A stretch of DNA of 64,000 nt, taken from positions 30,156 through 94,155 of the IMG/VR virus record IMGVR_UViG_3300042561_000572. One strand, 5' to 3'. A program made the position numbers and the translations under genes. Source of the stretch: a virus. Every line of letters begins with the position of its first letter. The first letter of the stretch is position 1. The notes beneath the pieces were generated by a model. The model saw nothing but the letters and a program-made list of their open reading frames with translations. It did not search any database and had not been told where the DNA came from. Shown here in pieces: positions 50,095 through 60,992 of the stretch.

Positions 50095-50614
50095 TTTTAA
50101 TAGATTAAGCAAAGGAAGAGCTATCTTATTAAAAGATATAGCCAATTATATAAAACAAACAACATTCATAACAATAGGTAAATATTCAGAATGGACTGAT
50201 GAAACAAGCCCTCCACCAGTAACTGAATTTACATCTAAAGAAGAAGTAATTATATATAAAAGACCAAGACTAATAATGTTAGCAAGTCAAACTAATTGTG
50301 GAGGTATTTCTTGTGGTAGTAAAACAATAGATAATAATAACTATTATTTAATTGATCCTAGTAATCCAGAAGTTATAGACTCTAATGCTACTCATATATA
50401 TATTGAAGGAGATATTAGATATACAGACTATTTATCTGCATACTTTAGAACATCTTCTATAGTAGTTGGAGCAATAGCACCAAACAATAATAAGGTATTA
50501 TACAAGCCAGAAGAAATGATAAATAAAGGAGAGCCTTACATATCAACCAATCATACAAGAATAACAAGATTAGACAATCAAAGACACCTAATAAAACACT
50601 TAATAGAGTTATAA
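50081..50614 (+). CDS. baseplate wedge protein (T4 gp8-like)
   Basis: FITIGKYSEWTDETSPPP. Confidence 0.6.
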   Translation: MQVFNFNRLSKGRAILLKDIANYIKQTTFITIGKYSEWTDETSPPPVTEFTSKEEVIIYKRPRLIMLASQTNCGGISCGSKTIDNNNYYLIDPSNPEVIDSNATHIYIEGDIRYTDYLSAYFRTSSIVVGAIAPNNNKVLYKPEEMINKGEPYISTNHTRITRLDNQRHLIKHLIEL

Positions 50615-50615
50615 G

Positions 50616-53600
50616 ATGACACAACTAAACACATATAAGAATGACTTTCCAGATACATACAAAGATGAATGGATTAAACTATTATTTAATAATAATAAAC
50701 CAATTCAAGCTAGAGAGTTATTAGAATTACAAGGTATATTACAATCCAATAGTAAAAAGATATTTGATACTATATATAAAAATGGAAGTGTTATATCAGG
50801 TTTAGATATAACACTTACAACAGTTTATCCATCTGGTATTAGATCCTTTAAATGTTCTAAAGGTACCATATACATTGAAGGTAACTTTATTAATATACCA
50901 GACTCAACCTTTACAGTTGTAAATAACAATGCAACTATAGGAATATTAATAAATGAACAAGTAATAACAGAACAAGATGATCCATCTTTAAATGATCCTG
51001 AAAAGGGTGGTGAACTTTGGGGTGCAGCAGGAGCTTATAGATTAAAGTGGACAGGATCAGTTGCAGTTGATTCTTCTTCTATGTATCCTTTTGCTAAAAT
51101 AGAAGGTAACAAAATTATAAGAGTTAAGCCAATTGATACTAATAAACAACTACTAACTAACTACATATATGATGCTGAAGGTAACTTTATAATTAAGGGC
51201 TTTAATACTACAAGTATTGGTTCTAGTATTGGAGCTTCAAACTCTACTAATTTAAATAATTTATTAACAGAACAACAAACAATTACTAATAATATTAATG
51301 ATATTGAAGGACAAATTCAAGGTTTAATTGATTCAAATAATAGAATAAATTCTTCTTTAACAACTTATAAACAACAAATATTAGTTAGTTATACAGCAGA
51401 ATTAGCAACTCTTATTACTAATTCAGAAGCTTTAATTACTTCTAATACTAATACTATTAATGATTTAACTAACAAATTAACAGTAGTAAAACAAAGTAGT
51501 ACTTCTTTACAAAGTAGTATTGATGTAGAAAAGAATATACAAATTAACTTAGAAACTGTATCTATATCTCCTGGTGTTGGTTATGTTGAAGGTAATAGAA
51601 TTGTTAAGACTAATAACACTATCCTATCAATACAAAAGAATCTACCAACATCACAAATATATAATGCTGTATTTAATTACAGTGGTACATCATCATTTGT
51701 ATCATATCAGTTTAGTAGTTTAAGTTTATCTACTCTTATAAGTAATAGAAGCCTTATTAGAATCTTATTATCTAACATTGTATTTAATGGTATTGAACAT
51801 GTTATACAAGCTGATATAAGTTTGCCAAACACAGTTATATCCATCTCTGATATAGTTTTATTTATAGTTAATGAGTTTAATAGTAGTATAACTTCAACTG
51901 TATTTAGCTGTCCAACATTATCATTAAATAGTAATGATTTATTAGCAGTTATAAAACAAAACTATAATATAATCCTAACTAATGGCACTACTATTACTTT
52001 TAGATTTATAACTCTTAGAAACTCATCTTCTGTGCCAAATATAGATATTAGTCTATTAAAAAGAGATATTAATAATACTATTACTGGAACTGGAACAGGT
52101 TTAACAATAACCAAAACATTAACTAATAATTCATCTTCTACTTTAAATAGTTATAAATTAGGTTTTACTCCTGTATCAGCTATTAATAGACTTAGTGCCA
52201 CTCTTATAACTACTAGTAAACCTATAGTAAGAGGAGCAGTTCCAGGTACAGTTGATAACTTAGGACAAGCAACTATATCTAGAATAGTATCAGTTGGTAA
52301 AGACCTTACAAGTTATATAGAAGGTGTTGATTATAGATTAATTAATCAAAGTCAAATTGATTGGTCTTTACCTTCAACTAATGAACCAACACCAGGAACT
52401 ACATATTTTGTAAGTTATTTATACTCATCAATATTAACTAATAATGTTGATTATAGGTTACAGAATGATTCCATTCTATTTATAAATAGAACTCCTGCAA
52501 TAGGACAAACATTCTCTATTGATTATAGTTATTATCAAACTAGATCTGGAGTAATAACATTAGATAGAGATGGCAATATTGATTATATATTATCAGAACC
52601 TGGTATAAATCCTGCCACACCTTCTATTCCATCTTATTTATTGCCCCTATCAACATTTAACTTACAAGTAAACAATTCAACATTTCAATCTATAGGATTA
52701 AATAAATATACTAATAAAGATTTATATAACTTATCTACTAGACTTACACAAGCTGTATTTGCATTAGAAGATAAGCCAGAACTTGTATCTGATAACTTTT
52801 TAAGTTATTTAACTCAAGACTTATCAAATAGTATATATACTGCTGCTATATGTCCTAATAAACAATCACTTACTACTGGTTATAACTATTCAGAAGTAAG
52901 TATTAGCCCCTTAGAAGCCTCTAGATATTTAAATGATAATTATATTAGTTTACCTCTTTCATTAACCCCTACTAACTATTTAATACAGAATAGAGTAACA
53001 GAATATAAAAGTCTTACATCATCTGTATATAAACCAATATTAAGACTTAGTTCTTATGCTTTATTCTTTAATAACAACAAAACTAAGGCTAATCCTTCTA
53101 ATAGTTTTTACACTTCAGTTGGTAAGATAAACAATAGAATTAATATAAACAATCAAAGTCTATTTGGTCTTCTATCAAACAGTTTAGAAGAAAGTATTAA
53201 AACTAATAATGCATTTAATTCAAACTCATATGATCAAGAGTCTGAGAACTATATATCAAGTAATGTAACAACCTTAAACAACTTATCAATTGATTTATAC
53301 TTATCTGATTTAGATCCTGTATCTACTAACTATAAAGTGTTAATTGATAATGTTCCTGTACAAACAGCATTAGTACTGTTAAATGGTACATTAGCAGGAT
53401 TAGTTACAAACTCTTTTAAATCAAATAATGCAGGTAAAGCAACAGTTAGAGTATTATTTCCAAATAACTTATCAACTGGTACACATACAATAGAAGTTAA
53501 AAATATAAACTATTCAATTAAGAGTAAATTTAGTGTTTATAACAATGTATTAAACCATGTAATATTTGATGCTACAAACAAAGAAGTAAGGGGAGCAGTA

Positions 53601-54647
53601 ACCCCACCATATATATTAGAAGAGCCCTCTACTTATAACTTAGAACAAACATTTATAGCAACTGATTATTACTTTTTAAGTAATATTGTATTAAATACTA
53701 ATGATGTACCAACAGTACCATCTGAGTTAACTGTATTGTTATTAGATAGTGATAGAAATATCATTAGTTATGGTGAGTTAACATTATTTCTAGATAATAA
53801 GATAACAATTAAGTTTTTAGTTCCTGCTCTTATTGAAAGAGATAAAGAATATATAATTGCACTTAAATCGCCACAAACAGGTTTTTCATTCTCTGTTGCT
53901 AAGATTAATGATTTAGATTTAAATACAAACAGTTACTTTGGTAATCAACTTTTTAGTAATGGTTGCTTATACTATTCAAGTGACAGTATAAATACACTAC
54001 AACTTACTGATTATGACTTAACGTACACATTAAATAGAGATACATTTACAAATAATACTAAGACAGTCAATCTAGGAACATATAAAGTAAATCTAATATC
54101 ATCATTTGCTTTAAATACTAGAGATATAATACCTCCTTTAACTTCTATAACTTATGAATATGCAATAGAAGATGGGATTTGGAAAGAATTTATTCCTAAT
54201 AGACATACTCAATTAATAGCAAAAGCTAATGTATTGTCAATTAGAGCCACTTTATTTACTAATAATTTAAATATAAGTCCTTTATTATTAATAAAAGGTT
54301 CTTCTATTAGTTTATATTCAAACAACTCTAGTAGTACTTTAGTATCAAATTACATTTCACATGGTAATAACTATTCAACAGTAACAATTAAAGTTGGATA
54401 TATAAACACAACTAGCTCTAATTTAACAGTATATCACTCACAACAAACAACAAATGAACTCTGGAAAGTATGTGCTTTAACTACAACATCCTTAGTAGAT
54501 GAATCTATTAACTTATATGAAAGTATATATACAGTTAGTTATACAACTGCTGGTATTGGATCTAAATATAGAATAGATATGATATCAAGTGATACAACAC
54601 AACCTTTAACTATTAAATACATATATGTCAATCCCCAATTTATCTAA
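50616..54647 (+). CDS. DUF4815-type large baseplate/tail protein
   Basis: YKNDF...LLF...IQARELLELQGILQ...IYKNGSVISG; ISPGVGYVEG; LEQTF. Confidence 0.75.
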   Translation: MTQLNTYKNDFPDTYKDEWIKLLFNNNKPIQARELLELQGILQSNSKKIFDTIYKNGSVISGLDITLTTVYPSGIRSFKCSKGTIYIEGNFINIPDSTFTVVNNNATIGILINEQVITEQDDPSLNDPEKGGELWGAAGAYRLKWTGSVAVDSSSMYPFAKIEGNKIIRVKPIDTNKQLLTNYIYDAEGNFIIKGFNTTSIGSSIGASNSTNLNNLLTEQQTITNNINDIEGQIQGLIDSNNRINSSLTTYKQQILVSYTAELATLITNSEALITSNTNTINDLTNKLTVVKQSSTSLQSSIDVEKNIQINLETVSISPGVGYVEGNRIVKTNNTILSIQKNLPTSQIYNAVFNYSGTSSFVSYQFSSLSLSTLISNRSLIRILLSNIVFNGIEHVIQADISLPNTVISISDIVLFIVNEFNSSITSTVFSCPTLSLNSNDLLAVIKQNYNIILTNGTTITFRFITLRNSSSVPNIDISLLKRDINNTITGTGTGLTITKTLTNNSSSTLNSYKLGFTPVSAINRLSATLITTSKPIVRGAVPGTVDNLGQATISRIVSVGKDLTSYIEGVDYRLINQSQIDWSLPSTNEPTPGTTYFVSYLYSSILTNNVDYRLQNDSILFINRTPAIGQTFSIDYSYYQTRSGVITLDRDGNIDYILSEPGINPATPSIPSYLLPLSTFNLQVNNSTFQSIGLNKYTNKDLYNLSTRLTQAVFALEDKPELVSDNFLSYLTQDLSNSIYTAAICPNKQSLTTGYNYSEVSISPLEASRYLNDNYISLPLSLTPTNYLIQNRVTEYKSLTSSVYKPILRLSSYALFFNNNKTKANPSNSFYTSVGKINNRININNQSLFGLLSNSLEESIKTNNAFNSNSYDQESENYISSNVTTLNNLSIDLYLSDLDPVSTNYKVLIDNVPVQTALVLLNGTLAGLVTNSFKSNNAGKATVRVLFPNNLSTGTHTIEVKNINYSIKSKFSVYNNVLNHVIFDATNKEVRGAVTPPYILEEPSTYNLEQTFIATDYYFLSNIVLNTNDVPTVPSELTVLLLDSDRNIISYGELTLFLDNKITIKFLVPALIERDKEYIIALKSPQTGFSFSVAKINDLDLNTNSYFGNQLFSNGCLYYSSDSINTLQLTDYDLTYTLNRDTFTNNTKTVNLGTYKVNLISSFALNTRDIIPPLTSITYEYAIEDGIWKEFIPNRHTQLIAKANVLSIRATLFTNNLNISPLLLIKGSSISLYSNNSSSTLVSNYISHGNNYSTVTIKVGYINTTSSNLTVYHSQQTTNELWKVCALTTTSLVDESINLYESIYTVSYTTAGIGSKYRIDMISSDTTQPLTIKYIYVNPQFI

Positions 54648-57102
54648 CTATAAAAGTAATAGATATAATTCTACTTATTTAAAGTTATTACCTGTAGCTA
54701 TAAGAGAAAGACCTCCACAAGCTAAAGAATTTGAAGATATACAAGATATAGTTATTAATCCTATTAATAACTATACTAATAGTAACTTTCATACTTATGA
54801 AGTGTTATCTGGATTAAAAGTTATATCTTTTACACCTTCTACTTCTATTACTTTATCTTCAGCTAGAATACTATTAAATAACTATCCAATCATAATAGAA
54901 ACAGATCAAGTAACAATTACAACTACTAGTTCTTCCTATATTATTTATTTACAAGTAAACATAACAAAACAGGATAATAAATACATATATTCCTATTCTT
55001 TTAATACTAATTCTATAGGATATCCTTTATTACAAGTTAATAATACCTCTATAAATCTTTTAACTAAATCATTATCAAATGATTATGTAAGACAAACAAT
55101 GTATGAGATATATGGCAATTTTATTAGTAGAGGTCTTATATATACTAATAGTTGTATAACTCCAGGTGTTGCTTATATAAAAGGTGAAAGAATAAACTTT
55201 CCTTATCACACTGCAATTAATACTAATTTAACTAACTATAGAGTTATTATTCAAGATAAAGCAATAACAGTCCTACCAATACAAGTGCAATTAGATCCTA
55301 ATAACATGTTAGATATAGGAGTATATAAAGATAACAAATGGCAACCTAATTTATATAATAAACAAATTAAAAATAGTGATATAAATTACTTAGAAAAAGG
55401 ATTAGATGGTATTAGGGATTATTTATTGGAAACAGCTTTATTAAAGCCTATAGACACAACATCTAATCTAATAACTGATAGTTTTAATAATAAAAACAAT
55501 GCTGATACAAGTAGCATATTATTTGATTGTGACATAGAACAAGGCAATCTTATAATTAATAAGTTTAGTAGAATAACAAGAGATGTAAGTATTAACAATG
55601 GAACAACTACTAACACTAAAATAGTTAATAATAGTCCTAACATAATCATTCAAAATTATACTAAAACACCACTTATATCACAACTAACAAGTGATTCATT
55701 TATATCAACTGGTGTATCTACAAGAGGAGTATTAAAGTTAGGGCCAGTAAAGTTAGACACAAGTATATATAAAACAACAAGTGATGTAACAACACTATTA
55801 ACTCAAACAATAATCAATGCTGAGGTATATGGATTAACAGCAAACTCATCTAACTTTACTCTAACAATTGGTAGTAAATTAATATCAACTATCATAACAA
55901 CCGATAATAAGGGCTTTGCTAAGTTCTCCTTTTCATTACCAACTGGATCATCTATTAATGACATAATAACAGTACAAAATAGTACATCATATGCTACTTC
56001 ATCATTACAAGATACCACCTATTCAATTGACAATACTTATGTAGGTCAAACATTTAATATAGACAGTGATAATACAACAATAGTAGAAGGATCATTATAC
56101 ATTAGAAAGGTTACAACTACTAATCCTCTTATTAAAGTGCTTATAACAAAGTATGTAAATAACCAGCCTCAAGAAGTAATTGGACAAGCTATTATAAACA
56201 ATAATAATATAAAGACCTCTAATACAGGCTTAGTATCAACTGATTTTGTATTTGACTTTCCTATTACATTATCTAAAGGTCAATATGCACTTGTTATAAC
56301 ATCTATTAATTCTTCTATTGATTTATTTATATCTAATACTTCAACTTTAACTAATAGTAATTTATTCTCTTATACAAACAATCAAATACAAGAAAGAAGA
56401 GCAACAGGTTTAATCTATCCACCACCAATTGAAGGAAACACTAATTTACCTGAGAGAAGAAAAACAGGTTTAATCTTTCCATTACCAATTGAAGTATGTT
56501 CCTTTTTAAATAAAGATTTAAAGTTTGAACTATATAAACCTATATACACAACAACAAAAGCACCAATAACAATTACAGTTAAAGATAATATAGACAAGTT
56601 TGATAGTATTTACTACCCTGGTAAGTTTAAGATTAATAACATTGAATATACAAATTTAGCTCCTGTAAACTTAACAAATGAAGCAAATATAACATTAGAT
56701 ATTGATAAGTATTCTATTGTTAGTCCTATACTTATTAGTACTAATAAAACAAAATCAACTTATATATCAAAGACAATTAGAACTAACTTTAGTTATAGTA
56801 ATGTGTATTTAGAATTAGATGCAATTATATTTGATTCTACTTTTGTAAAGGTATATATATCTTCTAATGAAGGTTATACTTGGGAAGAACTAACTATACC
56901 TATAAAGTACTTAATTGATGGTAATGATAATACTTATAAATACACATATAACAAAGACTTAACACCCCTTACAAGGATTATTAATAGTATTGGTAATACA
57001 ACACAAGCTACTAGAAACTACCTTACAATTAGAATAGATTTAGCTACACAATCAGATAATAAACCTATAGTAAAAGGATATAAATGTTATGTTAATGGAT
57101 AA
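54625..57102 (+). CDS. second DUF4815-like tail protein (paralog)
   Basis: PPQAKEFEDIQ, GNFISRG, ITPGVAYIKG and VGQTF parallel the upstream protein. Confidence 0.7.
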   Translation: MSIPNLSNYKSNRYNSTYLKLLPVAIRERPPQAKEFEDIQDIVINPINNYTNSNFHTYEVLSGLKVISFTPSTSITLSSARILLNNYPIIIETDQVTITTTSSSYIIYLQVNITKQDNKYIYSYSFNTNSIGYPLLQVNNTSINLLTKSLSNDYVRQTMYEIYGNFISRGLIYTNSCITPGVAYIKGERINFPYHTAINTNLTNYRVIIQDKAITVLPIQVQLDPNNMLDIGVYKDNKWQPNLYNKQIKNSDINYLEKGLDGIRDYLLETALLKPIDTTSNLITDSFNNKNNADTSSILFDCDIEQGNLIINKFSRITRDVSINNGTTTNTKIVNNSPNIIIQNYTKTPLISQLTSDSFISTGVSTRGVLKLGPVKLDTSIYKTTSDVTTLLTQTIINAEVYGLTANSSNFTLTIGSKLISTIITTDNKGFAKFSFSLPTGSSINDIITVQNSTSYATSSLQDTTYSIDNTYVGQTFNIDSDNTTIVEGSLYIRKVTTTNPLIKVLITKYVNNQPQEVIGQAIINNNNIKTSNTGLVSTDFVFDFPITLSKGQYALVITSINSSIDLFISNTSTLTNSNLFSYTNNQIQERRATGLIYPPPIEGNTNLPERRKTGLIFPLPIEVCSFLNKDLKFELYKPIYTTTKAPITITVKDNIDKFDSIYYPGKFKINNIEYTNLAPVNLTNEANITLDIDKYSIVSPILISTNKTKSTYISKTIRTNFSYSNVYLELDAIIFDSTFVKVYISSNEGYTWEELTIPIKYLIDGNDNTYKYTYNKDLTPLTRIINSIGNTTQATRNYLTIRIDLATQSDNKPIVKGYKCYVNG
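56392..56494 (+). repeat. in-frame imperfect duplication with 60-nt period
   Basis: ERRATGLIYPPPIE / ERRKTGLIFPLPIE. Confidence 0.85.
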
Positions 57103-59365
57103 GCCTATAGTAGTAAGTACAAAACCTTTTAATACATCAGGTACTGTTAGAGGGCCTATAGTAGTAACACCACAAGAAGGTGATTCAGGTGATACAACAC
57201 CTAGATTAGGTTACAATCAACCAACATATAAAGTTAAGTTAATAGCTAATGGTAAGACATTTAACATGTTATTACCACCATCAATTGAATCTAAACATCC
57301 CGGTAGATCTAATCCTTTACAACTACCAGGACTACAAATAAAAGCCAATATAAACATATCTAAACTAAAGATACCAGGCTTCTTTCCTATCTATCAAAAC
57401 TTAGGTGTTGAGTCTTTAACAGTATCAATGTCTGGTATGTTTACTGGTTATGATGGTACTAATTTATTATCAGCAGCTAATTGGGAAAACTCTGTTGGTA
57501 TTGGTCAATCTAATGTAGAACAAGGCCAAGATAGTTTTACATCAGCATCAGAGTTATATGACTTTGCTGTTAATAATAAAGCACTTGTACAAGTAACTAT
57601 ATACACCTCTGATGGTAGTTTTATACCAAAACAAAGTACATCAACTGCATTTAGAGATAGTAGTTCAAATATATCCTTCAAAGGATATATAAAGGAGTTT
57701 GAACAGGTATATATAAGACAAGATAGAAACTATTACTTGTTAAGGTTTGAAATTGTAGACTTTGGCAGTAACAACTTTGGCAGTAACAAGTGTAAAACAG
57801 TTGTAAAGAGTGATAAGAAATCTAATACTACAAATACTCAATCACCTTTAACTTCTATTGATTCCACAACAAAACAGTCTTATATAGATACAATAAGTAA
57901 ACTACTTGCAGCAGGAGTAATATCTAAAGCTAAAGCTGACTTTTTAACTGAAATAGTAAATAAAGCAAATAATATTTCTCAGACTTCTGCTGATGAAATA
58001 TCTAATTTATTTAAAGAAGTAAAACCTCCAATCTATTTTCTAGGTGTAGGTGATCTATTAAAAAATAGAATTCTTAATATAAAAATAGATCAAAAAATTG
58101 ATAAGATTTTAGAAGATAAAAATCTTGTTGCAGGTTTAAGTACTACAAACTTAAAATACTTTCAGAATAGCAGTCCCACTTTAAATAATACTGTATCTCA
58201 AAAGATAACAGAGCTTGGTATTTTACAACTACAAGAACAAAATAAGATAACTAAACAAACAGCAGAAAGTTTAATAAATGCAAGTAAAACTCTATCCAAG
58301 CAGGGTTTAGATAAATTAAATTCTTATATAAATCAAAGTAATGCTAATCAAGTTGGCGGCTTTTTAGCTAACTATTCATTAGGTAATTTAGATAGTTATT
58401 TGTTAAAAGAGACTTCTAATATACTAAATAAAGATAATATAAATTATGCTTTAAACACTCTAAATAAATCCATAACAAATGGTGCAATATCTTTAAACAA
58501 TAACTTATCAAGTATAAATTTTAATAGTAATTCTGCAAATATAGAATCAACAAACTTAAATGATTATCTAAATAAAATAGAAGATTACAAAACTATAGGA
58601 ACAAATTATATAAAAAATAACTTTCAGAATTTAAGTAGTTTAGGACAAATAACTAATAATAACTTAGCTAATATACAAAGCTACTTAAGTCAAAAAGTTG
58701 CCAACAATGAGCTATCTCAATCAACCTTTGAAGGAATACTTAATACTACTAAAGCTGCCACATTAACAAATGATGTTATTGCTTTAAATACTATAAATAA
58801 TCTTGTAGATAATATTAAATCTTATTCAGGTTCTACATTAAATCAAGCAATTATAAAAGATAATCTAGATACACAGAGTTTAAATGTAATTAATAATCTC
58901 CTTAAAAAAGAGTCTATTCAAGGAGGATTAATTGCTATAAAAAACAATATAAGTTCTTCTGATTTAATAGGGAGCACTTCTATAAACAATTATTTGAATG
59001 TAAATATATCTTTTGATCCGTCTCCAATAAGAAAACCTAGAATAACTACTCCTACTAATTTACCTGAGTTTAATCCTACAAGTATTACAAATCAGATAAA
59101 AGATGTAAGTGATGCAACTAGATATTCAAAGTTATATTTTGGAGTAATTAGTAAAAATACCTCACCTACTGCTGCTCAAATAAAACCCTATGTAACAAAT
59201 ATAGATAGTGTAAACAATTTAACTGTAGTAAACTATGTTGGAAATACAAGATTAAACATTGATGGTATTAATAAACTGTATGGTACATTTAATATAAATA
59301 ATAAAATATATTATGCTGTTCCTCTAGATGATCCAGCTACCAAATTTGAGTTTAGACCTTTATAA
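57089..59365 (+). CDS. putative tube-initiator/baseplate protein with Asn-rich extension
   Basis: KIPGFFPIYQNLGVESLTVSMSG...FKGYIKEF...YLLRFEI resembles the gpU/distal-tail tube fold. Confidence 0.5.
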   Translation: MLMDKPIVVSTKPFNTSGTVRGPIVVTPQEGDSGDTTPRLGYNQPTYKVKLIANGKTFNMLLPPSIESKHPGRSNPLQLPGLQIKANINISKLKIPGFFPIYQNLGVESLTVSMSGMFTGYDGTNLLSAANWENSVGIGQSNVEQGQDSFTSASELYDFAVNNKALVQVTIYTSDGSFIPKQSTSTAFRDSSSNISFKGYIKEFEQVYIRQDRNYYLLRFEIVDFGSNNFGSNKCKTVVKSDKKSNTTNTQSPLTSIDSTTKQSYIDTISKLLAAGVISKAKADFLTEIVNKANNISQTSADEISNLFKEVKPPIYFLGVGDLLKNRILNIKIDQKIDKILEDKNLVAGLSTTNLKYFQNSSPTLNNTVSQKITELGILQLQEQNKITKQTAESLINASKTLSKQGLDKLNSYINQSNANQVGGFLANYSLGNLDSYLLKETSNILNKDNINYALNTLNKSITNGAISLNNNLSSINFNSNSANIESTNLNDYLNKIEDYKTIGTNYIKNNFQNLSSLGQITNNNLANIQSYLSQKVANNELSQSTFEGILNTTKAATLTNDVIALNTINNLVDNIKSYSGSTLNQAIIKDNLDTQSLNVINNLLKKESIQGGLIAIKNNISSSDLIGSTSINNYLNVNISFDPSPIRKPRITTPTNLPEFNPTSITNQIKDVSDATRYSKLYFGVISKNTSPTAAQIKPYVTNIDSVNNLTVVNYVGNTRLNIDGINKLYGTFNINNKIYYAVPLDDPATKFEFRPL

Positions 59366-59371
59366 AACAAT

Positions 59372-59800
59372 ATGAACTACTATTATTTACCATTAACAGA
59401 TAATGTAACTAACTATTCTAACTACATATCATCTGATTTTACTTTATTTTATTACAACAACAGTGATTGGTTAGCTCTAAGACCGCCAACATTATATAAC
59501 TTATATCCTGTAGAATTACCTATAACACAAGACTCTTGTTACTCAGGATATACATATGAAGATCCTAACTTTGAAGGTACATACTTTGGCACTTCAACTA
59601 CACCAACAGGACAGTTATTATTTGTATATAAACTATTTAATACAGACATATTATTTCAATCTATATATGCACCAACATCCACATTTAAAACACCTACTAA
59701 ATCATCTATTTTAGTAATAGACTCTGATTTTAATAACTTATTTATAGGTATTAAACTAACTAATACAGATGATATAAACTTACTACTAACAACAAGTTAA
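59372..59800 (+). CDS. hypothetical protein
   Basis: 142-aa ORF in operon. Confidence 0.55.
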   Translation: MNYYYLPLTDNVTNYSNYISSDFTLFYYNNSDWLALRPPTLYNLYPVELPITQDSCYSGYTYEDPNFEGTYFGTSTTPTGQLLFVYKLFNTDILFQSIYAPTSTFKTPTKSSILVIDSDFNNLFIGIKLTNTDDINLLLTTS

Positions 59801-59819
59801 TAAAACAATAATAAACACT

Positions 59820-60284
59820 ATGAGATACACATTACAATCAAGAAAGTATTTAGCAGATCAAATAACAACTGATGCAGTTGCAATACTTATCAATGCTCCT
59901 ATATATGGTGGCACTAGCCCCAACTTATCACAACTACAGGCATTAGATGCTATTACAATGACAGACATTGTTAAGTATGAATTACAAGGAACTTATAAAA
60001 GATTTATATTCCCAACATTAACAGTAGAAGAAGAAACAATTGGTAATCAAGTCTTTGCTAAAGTAGTAGCACCTATTACATTTACAACTGCTATTACTAA
60101 TGCTACACATATCTGTTATGTATTTAATGCATTAATATTAGGAGCAACAGATTTAAACTTTAACAATAGAGGTAATGTACAAGGAACACCATTACTTGTT
60201 AAACCAATTAGTAACAGTCCTATTACAATAGTCCCACCAGCTACATTACAATACACCTTCAACATAAGATTAGGCAGTGGATAA
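59820..60284 (+). CDS. putative structural protein
   Basis: 154 aa, beta-rich; coupled to next gene. Confidence 0.5.
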   Translation: MRYTLQSRKYLADQITTDAVAILINAPIYGGTSPNLSQLQALDAITMTDIVKYELQGTYKRFIFPTLTVEEETIGNQVFAKVVAPITFTTAITNATHICYVFNALILGATDLNFNNRGNVQGTPLLVKPISNSPITIVPPATLQYTFNIRLGSG

Positions 60285-60991
60285 TGGCTAGAGAGATTAT
60301 AAAAGATAGTAATAACACATACAATGACATTGATGAAGCTATTACTAGCATAGATAGTACCTGGATTAATTTAAAGAGTTGGGATAGGTTTAAGTTCTTT
60401 AAACATCCTCAAACTACCTATTATGTAAATCCAATATCACCTTCAATTGAAAATATAAAAGGACCATATAAAATATTTGATTTAGGAGGTAATACATTAC
60501 AAGTTGAAAGAACTAATAAAGTATTTAAAGCTGATAACAATCTATTTAAATATGGCCCTATCATTGTTTATTTAAAAACAACTTCTAATTTATACATGTT
60601 ATTTGTATCTAGAAATGCAATAACAACTCCTTATACAGATAGTAAGATTACTCTTAATAAAGAGATTATAAGTACTATTAGTATTAACAATACAACACAA
60701 CAATCTTTATTCTACAACTTAGTATCAAAACCTATTAAACCCATCTCATTTATTGAAATTAAATCAGGATTAATAGAAATAATACAACCAACATCTATTG
60801 TTTATTTATACTTACAAAATAATAATAATGTACCAATAACTATTAACAGTACAAACACTAGAACAAAACTTGTTAATAATAATTTTCTACTATTATGTCC
60901 AACTAATTACAGTAAGATACAAGTAGCTAAATTAACAGGTAATCCTTTATCTACAGTTGATGATCAACTTAATCTAAACATAACAATATAA
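60284..60991 (+). CDS. hypothetical protein
   Basis: 235-aa ORF directly before terminase. Confidence 0.55.
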   Translation: MAREIIKDSNNTYNDIDEAITSIDSTWINLKSWDRFKFFKHPQTTYYVNPISPSIENIKGPYKIFDLGGNTLQVERTNKVFKADNNLFKYGPIIVYLKTTSNLYMLFVSRNAITTPYTDSKITLNKEIISTISINNTTQQSLFYNLVSKPIKPISFIEIKSGLIEIIQPTSIVYLYLQNNNNVPITINSTNTRTKLVNNNFLLLCPTNYSKIQVAKLTGNPLSTVDDQLNLNITI

Positions 60992-60992
60992 A

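Noticed and set aside
28263-57102. Bacterial extracellular contractile injection system or tailocin
   Set aside because: Portal, protease, capsid and terminase are present, so this is a DNA-packaging phage
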